From assembly GCA_050633305.1 (NCBI GenBank), contig JBOEGF010000010.1:841915-905914 (forward strand): 64,000 bases of DNA, written 5' to 3'. The notes under the pieces were generated by a model that had not been told where the DNA came from, searched no databases, and saw nothing but the letters and a program-made list of their open reading frames with translations. The position numbers and the translations under genes are program-made. This DNA is from Nannocystales bacterium (GTDB taxonomy: Bacteria; Myxococcota_A; Polyangia; Nannocystales; Nannocystaceae). Positions 30,068-39,104 of the stretch are shown here, piece after piece. The stretch's first letter is position 1; every line of letters starts with the position of its first letter.

Positions 30068-30131
30068 AACATGACCCCTGCGTGCTTTTGCCACGCAGAT
30101 GCGACCGCGATGCCGCATCATCGTGGACGAG

Positions 30132-30833
30132 ATGTCGGAGAGCCATGGCGCCAACCCCTACGCTCCCCCGGTCGATGACGCTGCGCCGCAGAGCCTCGTT
30201 GCAGGGGCCGTGGGGTATCGCGACCAAGGAACTCGGCTGTCGGTCGTCGGAGTGTTCCTCGCTCTCTTCGTACTCGCCAGCCTTGCGTCCATGTGGTCGT
30301 GCATGGCTGCCAACGAGTTCGTGCCGGCTGTGTTCTCGATCCTCGAGCCGCGCGAGCTCGGGCAACAAGGGATAGACGTCCTGCGCGTTGTCTCGGTTTG
30401 CGGGGTTCTGCTCTCCGCCATCGCGATCGGAGCGTTCTTGGTACGGGCCAATCACAACGCCCGCGCCCTGGGTGGGCCTGAACACGGGATGACCGTCAGC
30501 CCGGGATGGACGGTTGGGTGGTTCTTCATTCCTTTCGCCAACTGGGTCCGCCCGTACCAGGCGGTCAGGGAAATCTGGAATGTCAGCGAACCGGAGCGCA
30601 GCGGACCTGTGGCCCTGTGGTGGGGGCTTTGGCTTACCGTGTCGTTCGGTGGTCGAGTTGTGGCTCGGATCTCCAACACTGCCGAGACGTGGGAGGAGAT
30701 CGCTCGAGCCAACTGGCTGAACTTCGTCCACAGCGGCGTCTCGATCGCGGCCGCGGTCGCGGTGTTCCTCGTGGTCCGTGGCCTTCACGAGAATCAACAG
30801 CGGCACGTTTCACGATTGCAACGCGCGGACTGA
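30132..30833 (+). CDS. DUF4328-type membrane protein
   Basis: NPYAPP N-terminus, 'SPGWTVGWFFIPFANWVRPYQAVREIW'. Confidence 0.8.
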   Translation: MSESHGANPYAPPVDDAAPQSLVAGAVGYRDQGTRLSVVGVFLALFVLASLASMWSCMAANEFVPAVFSILEPRELGQQGIDVLRVVSVCGVLLSAIAIGAFLVRANHNARALGGPEHGMTVSPGWTVGWFFIPFANWVRPYQAVREIWNVSEPERSGPVALWWGLWLTVSFGGRVVARISNTAETWEEIARANWLNFVHSGVSIAAAVAVFLVVRGLHENQQRHVSRLQRAD

Positions 30834-31382
30834 GCTGCAGCCTCGTCTTGGGTCGGTGTGCCCTGATCGCCGACCGCTGTCGGGTCAGCGTGTGGCAAGC
30901 GGGCGGGGTGCCGAGAGCAACCGGACCGCGACGCATCCGAGGCGTGGTGGTTGCAGCGATGAGGCATCTTTCCTCGACAAAATCTTGAGGCGCTCCCGGG
31001 CCGTCCCTTGAGTCCGGGAAAAATCAGCCGTTTACAAACGGGCGTCGCAGAACCTCGAATGTGAGGCAACGCGCGCATTTCTGAGCGCCTCCGACCTCGC
31101 GCCGAGAACCTTCGGCCCTTAAAAACGAATGATTCCAAAGCCATGGGCGGAGCTGTGGGGTTTGTTCCTGGTCCGGCCCAATCGCGGCGGCTAGCCTGAA
31201 TTCGTGGATGAACTCCGCACATGCCCAAACCACTTGCGACTTCCGTCGGGTTGGTCCGTCGAAAAGAGCAGGCGGGCGATGAAGGTTTGCACCGGGTCGT
31301 CGTCAGACCTCAAGCAGGCCGGGTAGGCACGAGTCACCCACTCCCCACTTAGCCTCTAGCCTCTCACGAAAAGGAACTAGCC

Positions 31383-31829
31383 ATGTATCTGCGAAGAAAC
31401 AAGGTGCGCTGCGGCGAGACTCGCCGAACCTACCTCTCCATTGCCCACAACGTCTGGTGGTCCGGCGACGGCACGAAAAAAGCCCAGAGCCGCCCCATCG
31501 TGGTCGCAAGCTTCGGCGTCGAAGACAAAGTCGATGTCGACCTCGCCCGCGACCTGGTCCAAGCCGTTGAGAAATGCGCTCCCCGCTACCCCTCCCGACG
31601 TGGTGAAGGCAAGCAGGTCACGATGCGGATCGCCCAAGAGATCCGCAAGATCGAGCCGTTCCTGAAGATGCTCGCCAGTCGCAAGCTGAACTTGGCCGAG
31701 CATCTGCCTCCGCACCCAGAGCGAGCAATGGTGCTCGAGGCACTCGTCCGAGATCGCCTGGCAGAGCCGACCACGGGCGCCCGCGAAGAAGAGATCATCG
31801 CGGACCTCAAGACCCGCTTCGCGATGTAG
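31383..31829 (+). CDS. Stand-alone protein resembling the N-terminal region of IS1634-family transposases (no DDE domain)
   Basis: MYLRR...YLSIAHNVW...VVASFG..D...ERAMVLEALVRDRLAEP. SD AAGGA upstream, clean stop, own terminator. Confidence 0.7.
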   Translation: MYLRRNKVRCGETRRTYLSIAHNVWWSGDGTKKAQSRPIVVASFGVEDKVDVDLARDLVQAVEKCAPRYPSRRGEGKQVTMRIAQEIRKIEPFLKMLASRKLNLAEHLPPHPERAMVLEALVRDRLAEPTTGAREEEIIADLKTRFAM

Positions 31830-31885
31830 CGCCCCTCGGCGGTCTGCAAGCCTGCCCAACGCCTACCCAACGCCTACCCAATGAC

Positions 31886-31922
31886 AGAAGGCGTGACCCA
31901 GCATCTGCTGGTCACGCCTTTT
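31886..31922. terminator. Rho-independent terminator (likely bidirectional)
   Basis: AAGGCGTGAC-CCAGCATCTGCTG-GTCACGCCTTTT. Confidence 0.8.
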
Positions 31923-31971
31923 GTCGTTGGTTCGCGCTGAAGTCGGAGCTGAAGTCCGGGCGAGGGAGCGT

Positions 31972-33198
31972 CTACCCCAACAGCTCGACGATGAGCGACT
32001 CGGGCAGAGGGAGGTCGGGCTTACGAGAGACGAACACGTGCGGCGCGGAGCCGGTGCTGATCAGCGTGCCGTACCCGAGCCGAGGTCCGAGCACTTCGGC
32101 GACACGGACCGCTTTCCCACCCATCTCGCGCTCGGCAGAGATCTCCACGAACTGAGGCTTGGACAGGGGCGTGCTCTCGATGAAGACCTCGCTGAGGAAG
32201 TCGACCTTCACCGCGACGTCGATGCGCCTGCCCTGGAGCTGTTCGGTGAGATCCCGGGGAACGCCCTCGGGCGCATCACCTTTGAGGGAGGAGACGATGA
32301 ACGGACGAAGCTGGTCGGGCTCGGAGAGCTCGGCGTCGGGGGCGAGGGTGATTCCGAGGTCATCCTGGGCGACGCGGAGGCCGGCCTGGATCTCGACCGC
32401 TCGAGCGGCAGCTGCAGCCGTCTCTTCGGCGGACTCTCGTGCTCGGCGTTTGGCGTCTTCGGCAGCAAGCTCGGCAGCGGAGGGCTTGGGAGGCGCGGCA
32501 GGTGCCGCGGGGGAGCCTGGAGACTGCGCGTCTTGAGCCTGAGTTTGGCCCGGTTGTCCACCCTGGGCGTGTGCAGGTGCAGGTGCGCCGGCCGAGCCGT
32601 CTGCGCCCTCGGGTGGAACGCCACCCTCAGCAGCCGCAGCTTGTGCGGCCATCTCCTTGGCAAACAGGACTTGAAGCAGCTCCTGGTCGTCGCCGGTTGG
32701 CTCGAGCAGCTTGACGGCGACCTGAGGTCCGCCGGCGAACCCACCGTTGAGATCGGCGAGCGGGATACGAAGCTGCTCGCACAACTTCCCCAGGGGCCAG
32801 TCGCTGTCGGGCGTGCCCGCGGGGAACTTGTCGGCTCCGGCATCGTCGCCTGCCACGACCTGTCCCTGTGCGGCGACGATGAACCCCTCACGGCGATCGT
32901 CGGGAGTCGCACCGGGGTCGCCGTAGAACATGATGACCTGCCGAGGGAATGCGCGACTGGCCATCTGGACCAGGTCGGCGTTCTCGCGCCAGAACGCAGC
33001 GGGGTTTTCGTCGACGACCGAACCCGTGATGTTCATGAGGAACAGGGGCGCCTCGGGGTGTCGGGTGACGACCAACTGGGCGTCGAGGACGTTCCGCGCC
33101 TTGCCCACCAGCAGCTCGCCGAAGATCGACGCGAGCTGGGTGATCCGGAACATGTCCAGTGGGACGAGGAGACCTGCGTGGGGCGTGCTCATGTTCAT
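31972..33198 (-). CDS. Hypothetical two-domain protein with Ala/Pro/Gln linker
   Basis: Long ORF with native-looking composition. Start at MNMSTPHAG. No motif recognised. Confidence 0.7.
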   Translation of the reverse strand: MNMSTPHAGLLVPLDMFRITQLASIFGELLVGKARNVLDAQLVVTRHPEAPLFLMNITGSVVDENPAAFWRENADLVQMASRAFPRQVIMFYGDPGATPDDRREGFIVAAQGQVVAGDDAGADKFPAGTPDSDWPLGKLCEQLRIPLADLNGGFAGGPQVAVKLLEPTGDDQELLQVLFAKEMAAQAAAAEGGVPPEGADGSAGAPAPAHAQGGQPGQTQAQDAQSPGSPAAPAAPPKPSAAELAAEDAKRRARESAEETAAAAARAVEIQAGLRVAQDDLGITLAPDAELSEPDQLRPFIVSSLKGDAPEGVPRDLTEQLQGRRIDVAVKVDFLSEVFIESTPLSKPQFVEISAEREMGGKAVRVAEVLGPRLGYGTLISTGSAPHVFVSRKPDLPLPESLIVELLG

Positions 33199-33253
33199 GC
33201 CTTGGCGCCGCGGGGTCGCGGCGGGAAGAAACTGCCAGTCTGACGGGGGTTTG

Positions 33254-34909
33254 TCACCCTGCCCGATGGCGGGAGGTGACCTGGACGCTCCCGGCAAAGG
33301 AGGCGTCGCGCGTGAGGTGCATGGGCTTGATCTGGGAGTCGCTGGCGCCGGCCGCAGTCCGCTGTTGCCGCAGCTTGGCGTAGGTCCCGGTCTCGACCAC
33401 CCACAGCTCCGGGGCCGCGAGCCGCTGAGAGCCCCGCTTGGAGCCGTACTCGATGTTGTGCCGGTCCAATGCGGCGTCGAACGCCTTGGGGAAGGCGTCC
33501 AGCGCATCGGGGGCCCCGGTGTTGCGGAGCTCGAGGTACGCCACGTAACGCGGAAATCCCTCGGGGGCCGGGGCGACCGTGAACCCCTCGACTTCGAGGC
33601 CCAGCTCGCGGCTGCTGTCCTCGATGGCGGCTGTGACCTGGGTTTCGGTGAGCTTCTCCCCAGTGAGTGAGCAGGTTCGGCCGGCGCGGTGGAGAAACTC
33701 GATGATCGGCGCCTTGCGCTCGAACCCGCTGACGCGGATGACGTCGCCGATGTTGTAGCGATACAGGCCCGAGCCGTTGGTCAGGATCAGGACGTAGGTC
33801 TTTCCGACCTCGACCTGGTGCGGAAGGAGTACGGTCGGGTTCGGCTTGTCGATCTCGTCCTCGGGAACGAACTCGTAGAAGTGCAAGCCGACACCACAAA
33901 CGCCACCGCTTCCGCCGTCGCGCAGCGGGACACCCATGATGCCTTCGGAGGCCATCATCATGTAGTCGCGGCCCGCGACCCGATCTCCAAAGTGGGGGTC
34001 GAGCAGGTCGATGTACGGCTTGAGCATGGGCGAGCGCCAGCAGATCGCCAGCGAGAGGTCAGGCCACAGTCGGTGGGCCATGAGGCCGTCGCCGCCGGAC
34101 TCGGCCGCGAGCGCTCGTAGGGCCTCGGCGCGGGCGGGGTTGCCCTTGTACGTCGCGGACACGAACTCGCGGACGACCTCGCTCACCTCGACATCGCCCG
34201 AGAGCGTGCCGTGTTCGATGTCGTGGAACAGAGGCTCCGCAAACTCCTGGATCTTCTTGAAGAGCAGCAGGATCGTGCTGGGGTTGAGCGTCATGATGAC
34301 GCTGAAACTCTCTTCGAGCAGAATGCGGGCCAGCGTGTAGTAGCGGGCGTTGGAGTCTTTGATCTGCGCGACCGGCTTGGGAATGATCGGCGCTTTGCTC
34401 AGCTGCGTGGCCCGGGTGACGCCGGCCCAAAACGAACTCTCGGACCCGCATTCGATGCCGCCGGGCGTCTTTCCTGGGACGCCGGAGTCGGAGAAGTTCG
34501 TGATCATGCGGCCCTCCTTCGCGGCTGGGTGGTCGCCAAACACGGAGGACCAGTAGATCCCGAAGGCCCGAGATTTCGCCTGGATGAAGCGGGACGTGAC
34601 GGGGATGTACTTGGGCTCGGAGGTGGAGCCCGAGGTCATGAAGAACCGCTTGACCCGGTCTTTGGTCAGGATGCCCTGCTCACCGTCCTGGACGATGCGG
34701 CGGATCGCGTCGGCAAACCCGTCGTACTTTTGGATCGGGACGGCGCGCTGGTACTCGGCGACCGAGCTGATCTTGTCGAACCCGTGCGCCCGGCCAAACT
34801 CGCAATCGCGGTTGGGCTCGAGTGTCTTCTTGAGTAGGACGGTCGACTGCGTTGCCTCGGGGTCGTCGAGGCCCTCGAGGAAGAGCTGCGCTTCTCGGGA
34901 TGCGAACAT
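33254..34909 (-). CDS. GH3-family acyl-acid amido synthetase (ANL adenylating enzyme)
   Basis: TSGSTSEPKYIP, YMMMASEG, HFYEFVP, GLYRYNIGD, SLTGEKL, HNIEY. Confidence 0.88.
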   Translation of the reverse strand: MFASREAQLFLEGLDDPEATQSTVLLKKTLEPNRDCEFGRAHGFDKISSVAEYQRAVPIQKYDGFADAIRRIVQDGEQGILTKDRVKRFFMTSGSTSEPKYIPVTSRFIQAKSRAFGIYWSSVFGDHPAAKEGRMITNFSDSGVPGKTPGGIECGSESSFWAGVTRATQLSKAPIIPKPVAQIKDSNARYYTLARILLEESFSVIMTLNPSTILLLFKKIQEFAEPLFHDIEHGTLSGDVEVSEVVREFVSATYKGNPARAEALRALAAESGGDGLMAHRLWPDLSLAICWRSPMLKPYIDLLDPHFGDRVAGRDYMMMASEGIMGVPLRDGGSGGVCGVGLHFYEFVPEDEIDKPNPTVLLPHQVEVGKTYVLILTNGSGLYRYNIGDVIRVSGFERKAPIIEFLHRAGRTCSLTGEKLTETQVTAAIEDSSRELGLEVEGFTVAPAPEGFPRYVAYLELRNTGAPDALDAFPKAFDAALDRHNIEYGSKRGSQRLAAPELWVVETGTYAKLRQQRTAAGASDSQIKPMHLTRDASFAGSVQVTSRHRAG

Positions 34910-34966
34910 GACAAAGGGGGCCCACGCTTGGCGCGGACCCCCGGACTCTACGACAAGCGGCGGGTG

Positions 34967-37096
34967 CTAGCAGCCGCACTCGGCGGTGTTGTTGGCGGCG
35001 TTGACACACGCCGCATCCCAGTTGCTCGAGCAGCAGAAAGGATAGTCGTTGCACACGGCGGTGACGCAGGGCGTACACCCGGGGACGAGGGCCTCGCCCT
35101 GGCTACACGCGTCGTGACTGCAGTCGTTCTCGAAGTTGGCCCCCTGTGCGATCCACTGGATGATCAGCTGCATGTCGGGGTGGTCTGTCGTGGCAAATGC
35201 GTTGACCGGGTGGGTATCCGGGTCGTCCGGAGCGTCGGTGAGCGGGAAGCTGACGAGCTTGGAGTTGAGGATGTCGTCGGTGCAGATGCGCACCGGGTCG
35301 TCGGGGTTGGGGCAGGTGGTGCCCGGGCCGACGAGCAGGTCGTAGACAGACTGAGGGTCGAGGGACCAGTCGGCGTTGAAGCCGGCGGTGACGGCCTCTG
35401 CTGGTCCGCCGCCGGTGTGGCAAGCCACGCAGCCGTGCTGCTCGAACAGCGGGTAGACATCTTCCACGAAGCTGATCGCGGCAGGCGGCTGTGCGCCTTG
35501 TTCGATCCACTCCAACATGATCTGGACCATCGGGGATTCGATCGACGTGAAGATGTCGACCGGGTGAACATCGGGCATCCCCGGGAGGTCGGTCAGCGGT
35601 CGCTGGACGAACAGGGACGCCTCGGGGTTGTCGGTGCAGATTCGGACGGGATTGTCGGTGTCGGGGCACTCGGTTCCGGGCCCTACGAGGAGCTCCCAGA
35701 CCTCGCGTGGGGAAAGGCTCCAGTCGGCTTGGAACCCGTCTCGAACGGCGCCGGGAGGACCGCCCGCGGTGTGGCAGTCGACACAGCCGTAGGTCTGGAA
35801 GACCGGGTAGACGTCGATCGCGAAGTCGCGGGTGATGGGCTCGTCGTTGCGAACCATGTCGACCACGCCGATGTTTCCACTGGAGGAGAACGTCGTGTAT
35901 TGCTCGTTGAAGCCCGAGGCCGAGACACTGAGCTGCCCCTGGCCGAATCCGGCGCTGCTACGCAGGCGGAACATGACGAACCGCCCCGTGTCGTTCGAGA
36001 AGTCGTCGTCGGTCCCGACATAGGTCCCGCTGTCCACGTCGGCATCGAGGAAGCAGACCTCGGTCGGCTCGGTGTCCTCGTCGAGAAGGTTGTCTTGGAA
36101 GTTGGACCACTCGCCCAGGCGAGCTCGTAGCGCTGCCTTGGTGACGGTCTCGATGCCCTTTCCATCGCTGTCGACGAGCTGTCCAAACAGTGTTGAGCGC
36201 TGGATGAAGTACGGGTTGACCGAGCCGTCCCCGATCGCCTCCTCGAGCGTGGGGAACAGCCCGCATTCGAAGGCGACTTGAGCCATCCATTCGTAGGGAA
36301 CGACCGGGACATCCACGGTGTGCGGCTGATCGTTTGGAACCTGGGTGCTGATTCGGGAGGTCAGCGCAGCTGGAACGACGACCGATGCGTCCTGGTCGTA
36401 CACGGGCTGCAGGTCGACAAGCGTTCCGGGGACGAGGCCCTCGAACTCGTAGATCCCATCGGCCATGGTCGGCTCGGCGGCCGGGGCGTCGAGGACGTTG
36501 GTGATCTGAACCGTGGCGTCGGCCAGTGGCGTCTGATCGATCGTGGAGTAGTCGTAGACGACCCCGCGGACGGTCACCGCTTCGAGGAGGCACTCACCGT
36601 CGGACTGGCAGACTCCGCTGGGGCATTGGTTGTCGTCGGTGCATGCGACACATTCGTTCTCGACACACGCACTCTGCGTGGTGTCGCAGAAGGAAAGGTC
36701 GCTGTCGGTGCACGCGACGCAGAGCCCGCCGTCGTCGTTGCAGACCGGGGTGTCAGAGTCGACATCGGCGCAATCGAGCCCGGTGCAGTCGACGCAGCTT
36801 CCGTTGGAGCAATACGGCGTGGAGTCGGGGCAGGATGTGTCGATGGCATCCACCGCCGAACACTCGTCGGACCCTTCCGTGGTGTCCGCAGACGTCTCAT
36901 TCGTCGTCGGGCCGTCGGTGGTCGCCTCCGTGTCTCCCGTCGTCAGAGGCGACGTGGGATCCGTCGAAGAGCCACCGGCGGTGTCTGTATCGGTGTCGAC
37001 TGCGGCTGGAGGATCGGGGTTGAAGCAAGCGGAAGCAACGAAGGCAAGTCCGCCAAGGGCTCCGAACGAGGTGCGGCGTCGAAGGTCCGATGACAT
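34967..37096 (-). CDS. Lipoprotein with Cys-rich repeats and two c-type cytochrome (CxxCH) domains
   Basis: Lipobox ASAC, CVDCH and CVACH in ~118-aa repeats ending WIxQGA, C-terminal 'PFCC...WD..CV' module. Confidence 0.8.
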   Translation of the reverse strand: MSSDLRRRTSFGALGGLAFVASACFNPDPPAAVDTDTDTAGGSSTDPTSPLTTGDTEATTDGPTTNETSADTTEGSDECSAVDAIDTSCPDSTPYCSNGSCVDCTGLDCADVDSDTPVCNDDGGLCVACTDSDLSFCDTTQSACVENECVACTDDNQCPSGVCQSDGECLLEAVTVRGVVYDYSTIDQTPLADATVQITNVLDAPAAEPTMADGIYEFEGLVPGTLVDLQPVYDQDASVVVPAALTSRISTQVPNDQPHTVDVPVVPYEWMAQVAFECGLFPTLEEAIGDGSVNPYFIQRSTLFGQLVDSDGKGIETVTKAALRARLGEWSNFQDNLLDEDTEPTEVCFLDADVDSGTYVGTDDDFSNDTGRFVMFRLRSSAGFGQGQLSVSASGFNEQYTTFSSSGNIGVVDMVRNDEPITRDFAIDVYPVFQTYGCVDCHTAGGPPGAVRDGFQADWSLSPREVWELLVGPGTECPDTDNPVRICTDNPEASLFVQRPLTDLPGMPDVHPVDIFTSIESPMVQIMLEWIEQGAQPPAAISFVEDVYPLFEQHGCVACHTGGGPAEAVTAGFNADWSLDPQSVYDLLVGPGTTCPNPDDPVRICTDDILNSKLVSFPLTDAPDDPDTHPVNAFATTDHPDMQLIIQWIAQGANFENDCSHDACSQGEALVPGCTPCVTAVCNDYPFCCSSNWDAACVNAANNTAECGC

Positions 37097-37156
37097 TGAT
37101 GACAGCGTACCGCAGAATCTGCCGGTGAATGGTCCCGGCGCGATTGCAGCGGCGGC

Positions 37157-37828
37157 CTAGATCGCACCAAGAACCGCGACCGACACCTGCCACCGGTCTG
37201 CATCGGGACGGGGTTGAATCCGGCCGACCGCCAGCGTGGAGCCTCCGCTGATGGTGCACGTCTTGAGATCGAGCGTGTCGCTGCTGCTCGACCACGCCCC
37301 GGTACACAGGTATCCGAGGGTCTCGAGGGCCTCCGCGGCGATTTCGCGGCTCTTCGCGACATCGAGTTCGGGCGCGACGAACCCAATGATCCCCTCCGCG
37401 CTGAGCTCGAGGGTGAGCGCGACCCCCTTCACACGCACCGGTGGGTAGAGGTAGCAGACTCGGACCTCACCGTGACGCGTTTGCCGGGGAATGGGCTCGA
37501 CCTCGCACCACTTGGTTGCGAGCTCGGCGAGGACGTCCGGACTGGGCGCGGTGGTGAGGACGTCGGTCGTTCGCGTGAGGAGCTCCTCGACCCGAGCCCA
37601 CCCTTGCTTGGGCGGTGCAGCTCTCGACCCCTCGTCCGCGCCCTCGGACGGGACTTCGCCTTCGCCTCCGCTGGGGTCGGACGGGCCGGACGCGTCGGGG
37701 TTCCAAGCGCGACGCACCCTGGCTTCTCGCTGCGCGGCACACCCGGCGAGGAGAACGGCTGCAAGAGTGCCGAGGCGAGGGAGGGCCGCCAGGTTCCAGC
37801 CGGTGCGGCTAGAGCATCTCACGACCAC
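37157..37828 (-). CDS. Hypothetical lipoprotein
   Basis: LLAGC lipobox. Overlaps the hutF 3' end. Start approximate. Confidence 0.65.
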   Translation of the reverse strand: MVVRCSSRTGWNLAALPRLGTLAAVLLAGCAAQREARVRRAWNPDASGPSDPSGGEGEVPSEGADEGSRAAPPKQGWARVEELLTRTTDVLTTAPSPDVLAELATKWCEVEPIPRQTRHGEVRVCYLYPPVRVKGVALTLELSAEGIIGFVAPELDVAKSREIAAEALETLGYLCTGAWSSSSDTLDLKTCTISGGSTLAVGRIQPRPDADRWQVSVAVLGAI

Positions 37829-39104
37829 CGACCATCACCTGACGCAGGGGGGTGGAGGTCCCGGCGCTGAACAACGCATCCATGGCGTGCTCGGGCGGGA
37901 CATGGGCGAAGAATGGATCCTCCAGGTCGATGACAACGGCATCGAAGGGGTCCCCGATCCGGAGGTCGCCGCCTGTGGATCCGAGTGCATGGGCGCCACC
38001 GAGGCTTGCCGCTTTTGCGAGCACGGGCCCGAGCGCACCGGATTCGTCGTTGAGCCGACAACGCGCGCCTCGGGCGAGGCGGTCGTGCATCTCGAGCAGT
38101 CGGGCTTCCTGGATGAGGTCGATGACCGCATTGCTGTCGCTGCCCAGGCACAGCGTGGTGCCGCCGGACAGCAGGCGCGCTGCGTCGAGGATGCCGTCTC
38201 CGAGATCGGCCTCGGTGGTTGGACACGCGCAGACGTTTTGCGTGGTCAGCCGATCGAAGTCGTCGTCTCGCAGGTGGGTTGCATGGACGGCGGTGAAGGA
38301 GCGAGCCCGCTCGAACGCTCCGCAGGATTCGAACACGCCAGCTGGCGTGGTGCCGTGCTCGGCGAGGCACTCCTCGTTCTCGCGCGGCTGCTCGCTGAGG
38401 TGCGTGTGCATGACGAGGTCGTGCTGCCGAGCGTACTCGACGAGCTCCTGGATCTGCGGTGCGCTTGCGGCTCGAATGCTGTGTGGGGTGATGCCCACGT
38501 CGACACCGGCGACGCGCAGTGCGTCGACCCGCTCCAGGTACTTGTCGACGCCGCCATCGCAAAACCGTCGCTGTTCGGCGAGCGGAGGGCGTCCAGCTCC
38601 CGCACGGTCGTAGAACACCTCGAGCAAGGTGAGTCGAATCCCGACGTCGCGGGCGGCCCGGACCACCGCCCACGAGAGCTCGTTCGGGTCGTCGTACGGC
38701 GTGCCGTCGGGTTGATGGTGTACATAGTGGAACTCGCCCACGCGGGTGATTCCGGACCGCAACATCTCGGCGAACGCGGCCTTGGTGATCGCGTAGAGCC
38801 CCTCGGGATCGAGAGCACCCGCGGCCTCATACATCGCGGTCCTCCACGACCAGAAGCTGTTCTCGCCGGGCATGCGGCGGTGGGTTTGGCCTCGAATGCG
38901 ACGTTGGAACGCGTGCGAGTGCGCGTTGACAAAGCCTGGGAGCACCAGCGCGGCCCCGAAGCTGCGGCGTAGCGCAGCTTCGTCGTGCTCGCCGGCTTCG
39001 CCCACCCCGGTCACGAGGCCGTCGGCGCCCACGTCGATGCGGACGTCGCGACGGAGCGCTCCGCCCACGAACGCCCAGGGCACGTCGTAGGCAGTCGGCG
39101 TCAA
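37809..39104 (-). CDS. hutF: Formimidoylglutamate deiminase
   Basis: PGFVNAHSHAFQR, FWSWRTAMY, VGEFHYVHH, PHSIRA, HLSEQ, HATH, CPTTEADLGDG, GSDS. TTG start coupled to the upstream stop. Confidence 0.9.
   Translation of the reverse strand: MTPTAYDVPWAFVGGALRRDVRIDVGADGLVTGVGEAGEHDEAALRRSFGAALVLPGFVNAHSHAFQRRIRGQTHRRMPGENSFWSWRTAMYEAAGALDPEGLYAITKAAFAEMLRSGITRVGEFHYVHHQPDGTPYDDPNELSWAVVRAARDVGIRLTLLEVFYDRAGAGRPPLAEQRRFCDGGVDKYLERVDALRVAGVDVGITPHSIRAASAPQIQELVEYARQHDLVMHTHLSEQPRENEECLAEHGTTPAGVFESCGAFERARSFTAVHATHLRDDDFDRLTTQNVCACPTTEADLGDGILDAARLLSGGTTLCLGSDSNAVIDLIQEARLLEMHDRLARGARCRLNDESGALGPVLAKAASLGGAHALGSTGGDLRIGDPFDAVVIDLEDPFFAHVPPEHAMDALFSAGTSTPLRQVMVGGREML

Noticed and set aside
30834..31922. 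Intact IS1634 element
   Set aside because: No DDE catalytic domain, terminal inverted repeats or target duplication are visible.
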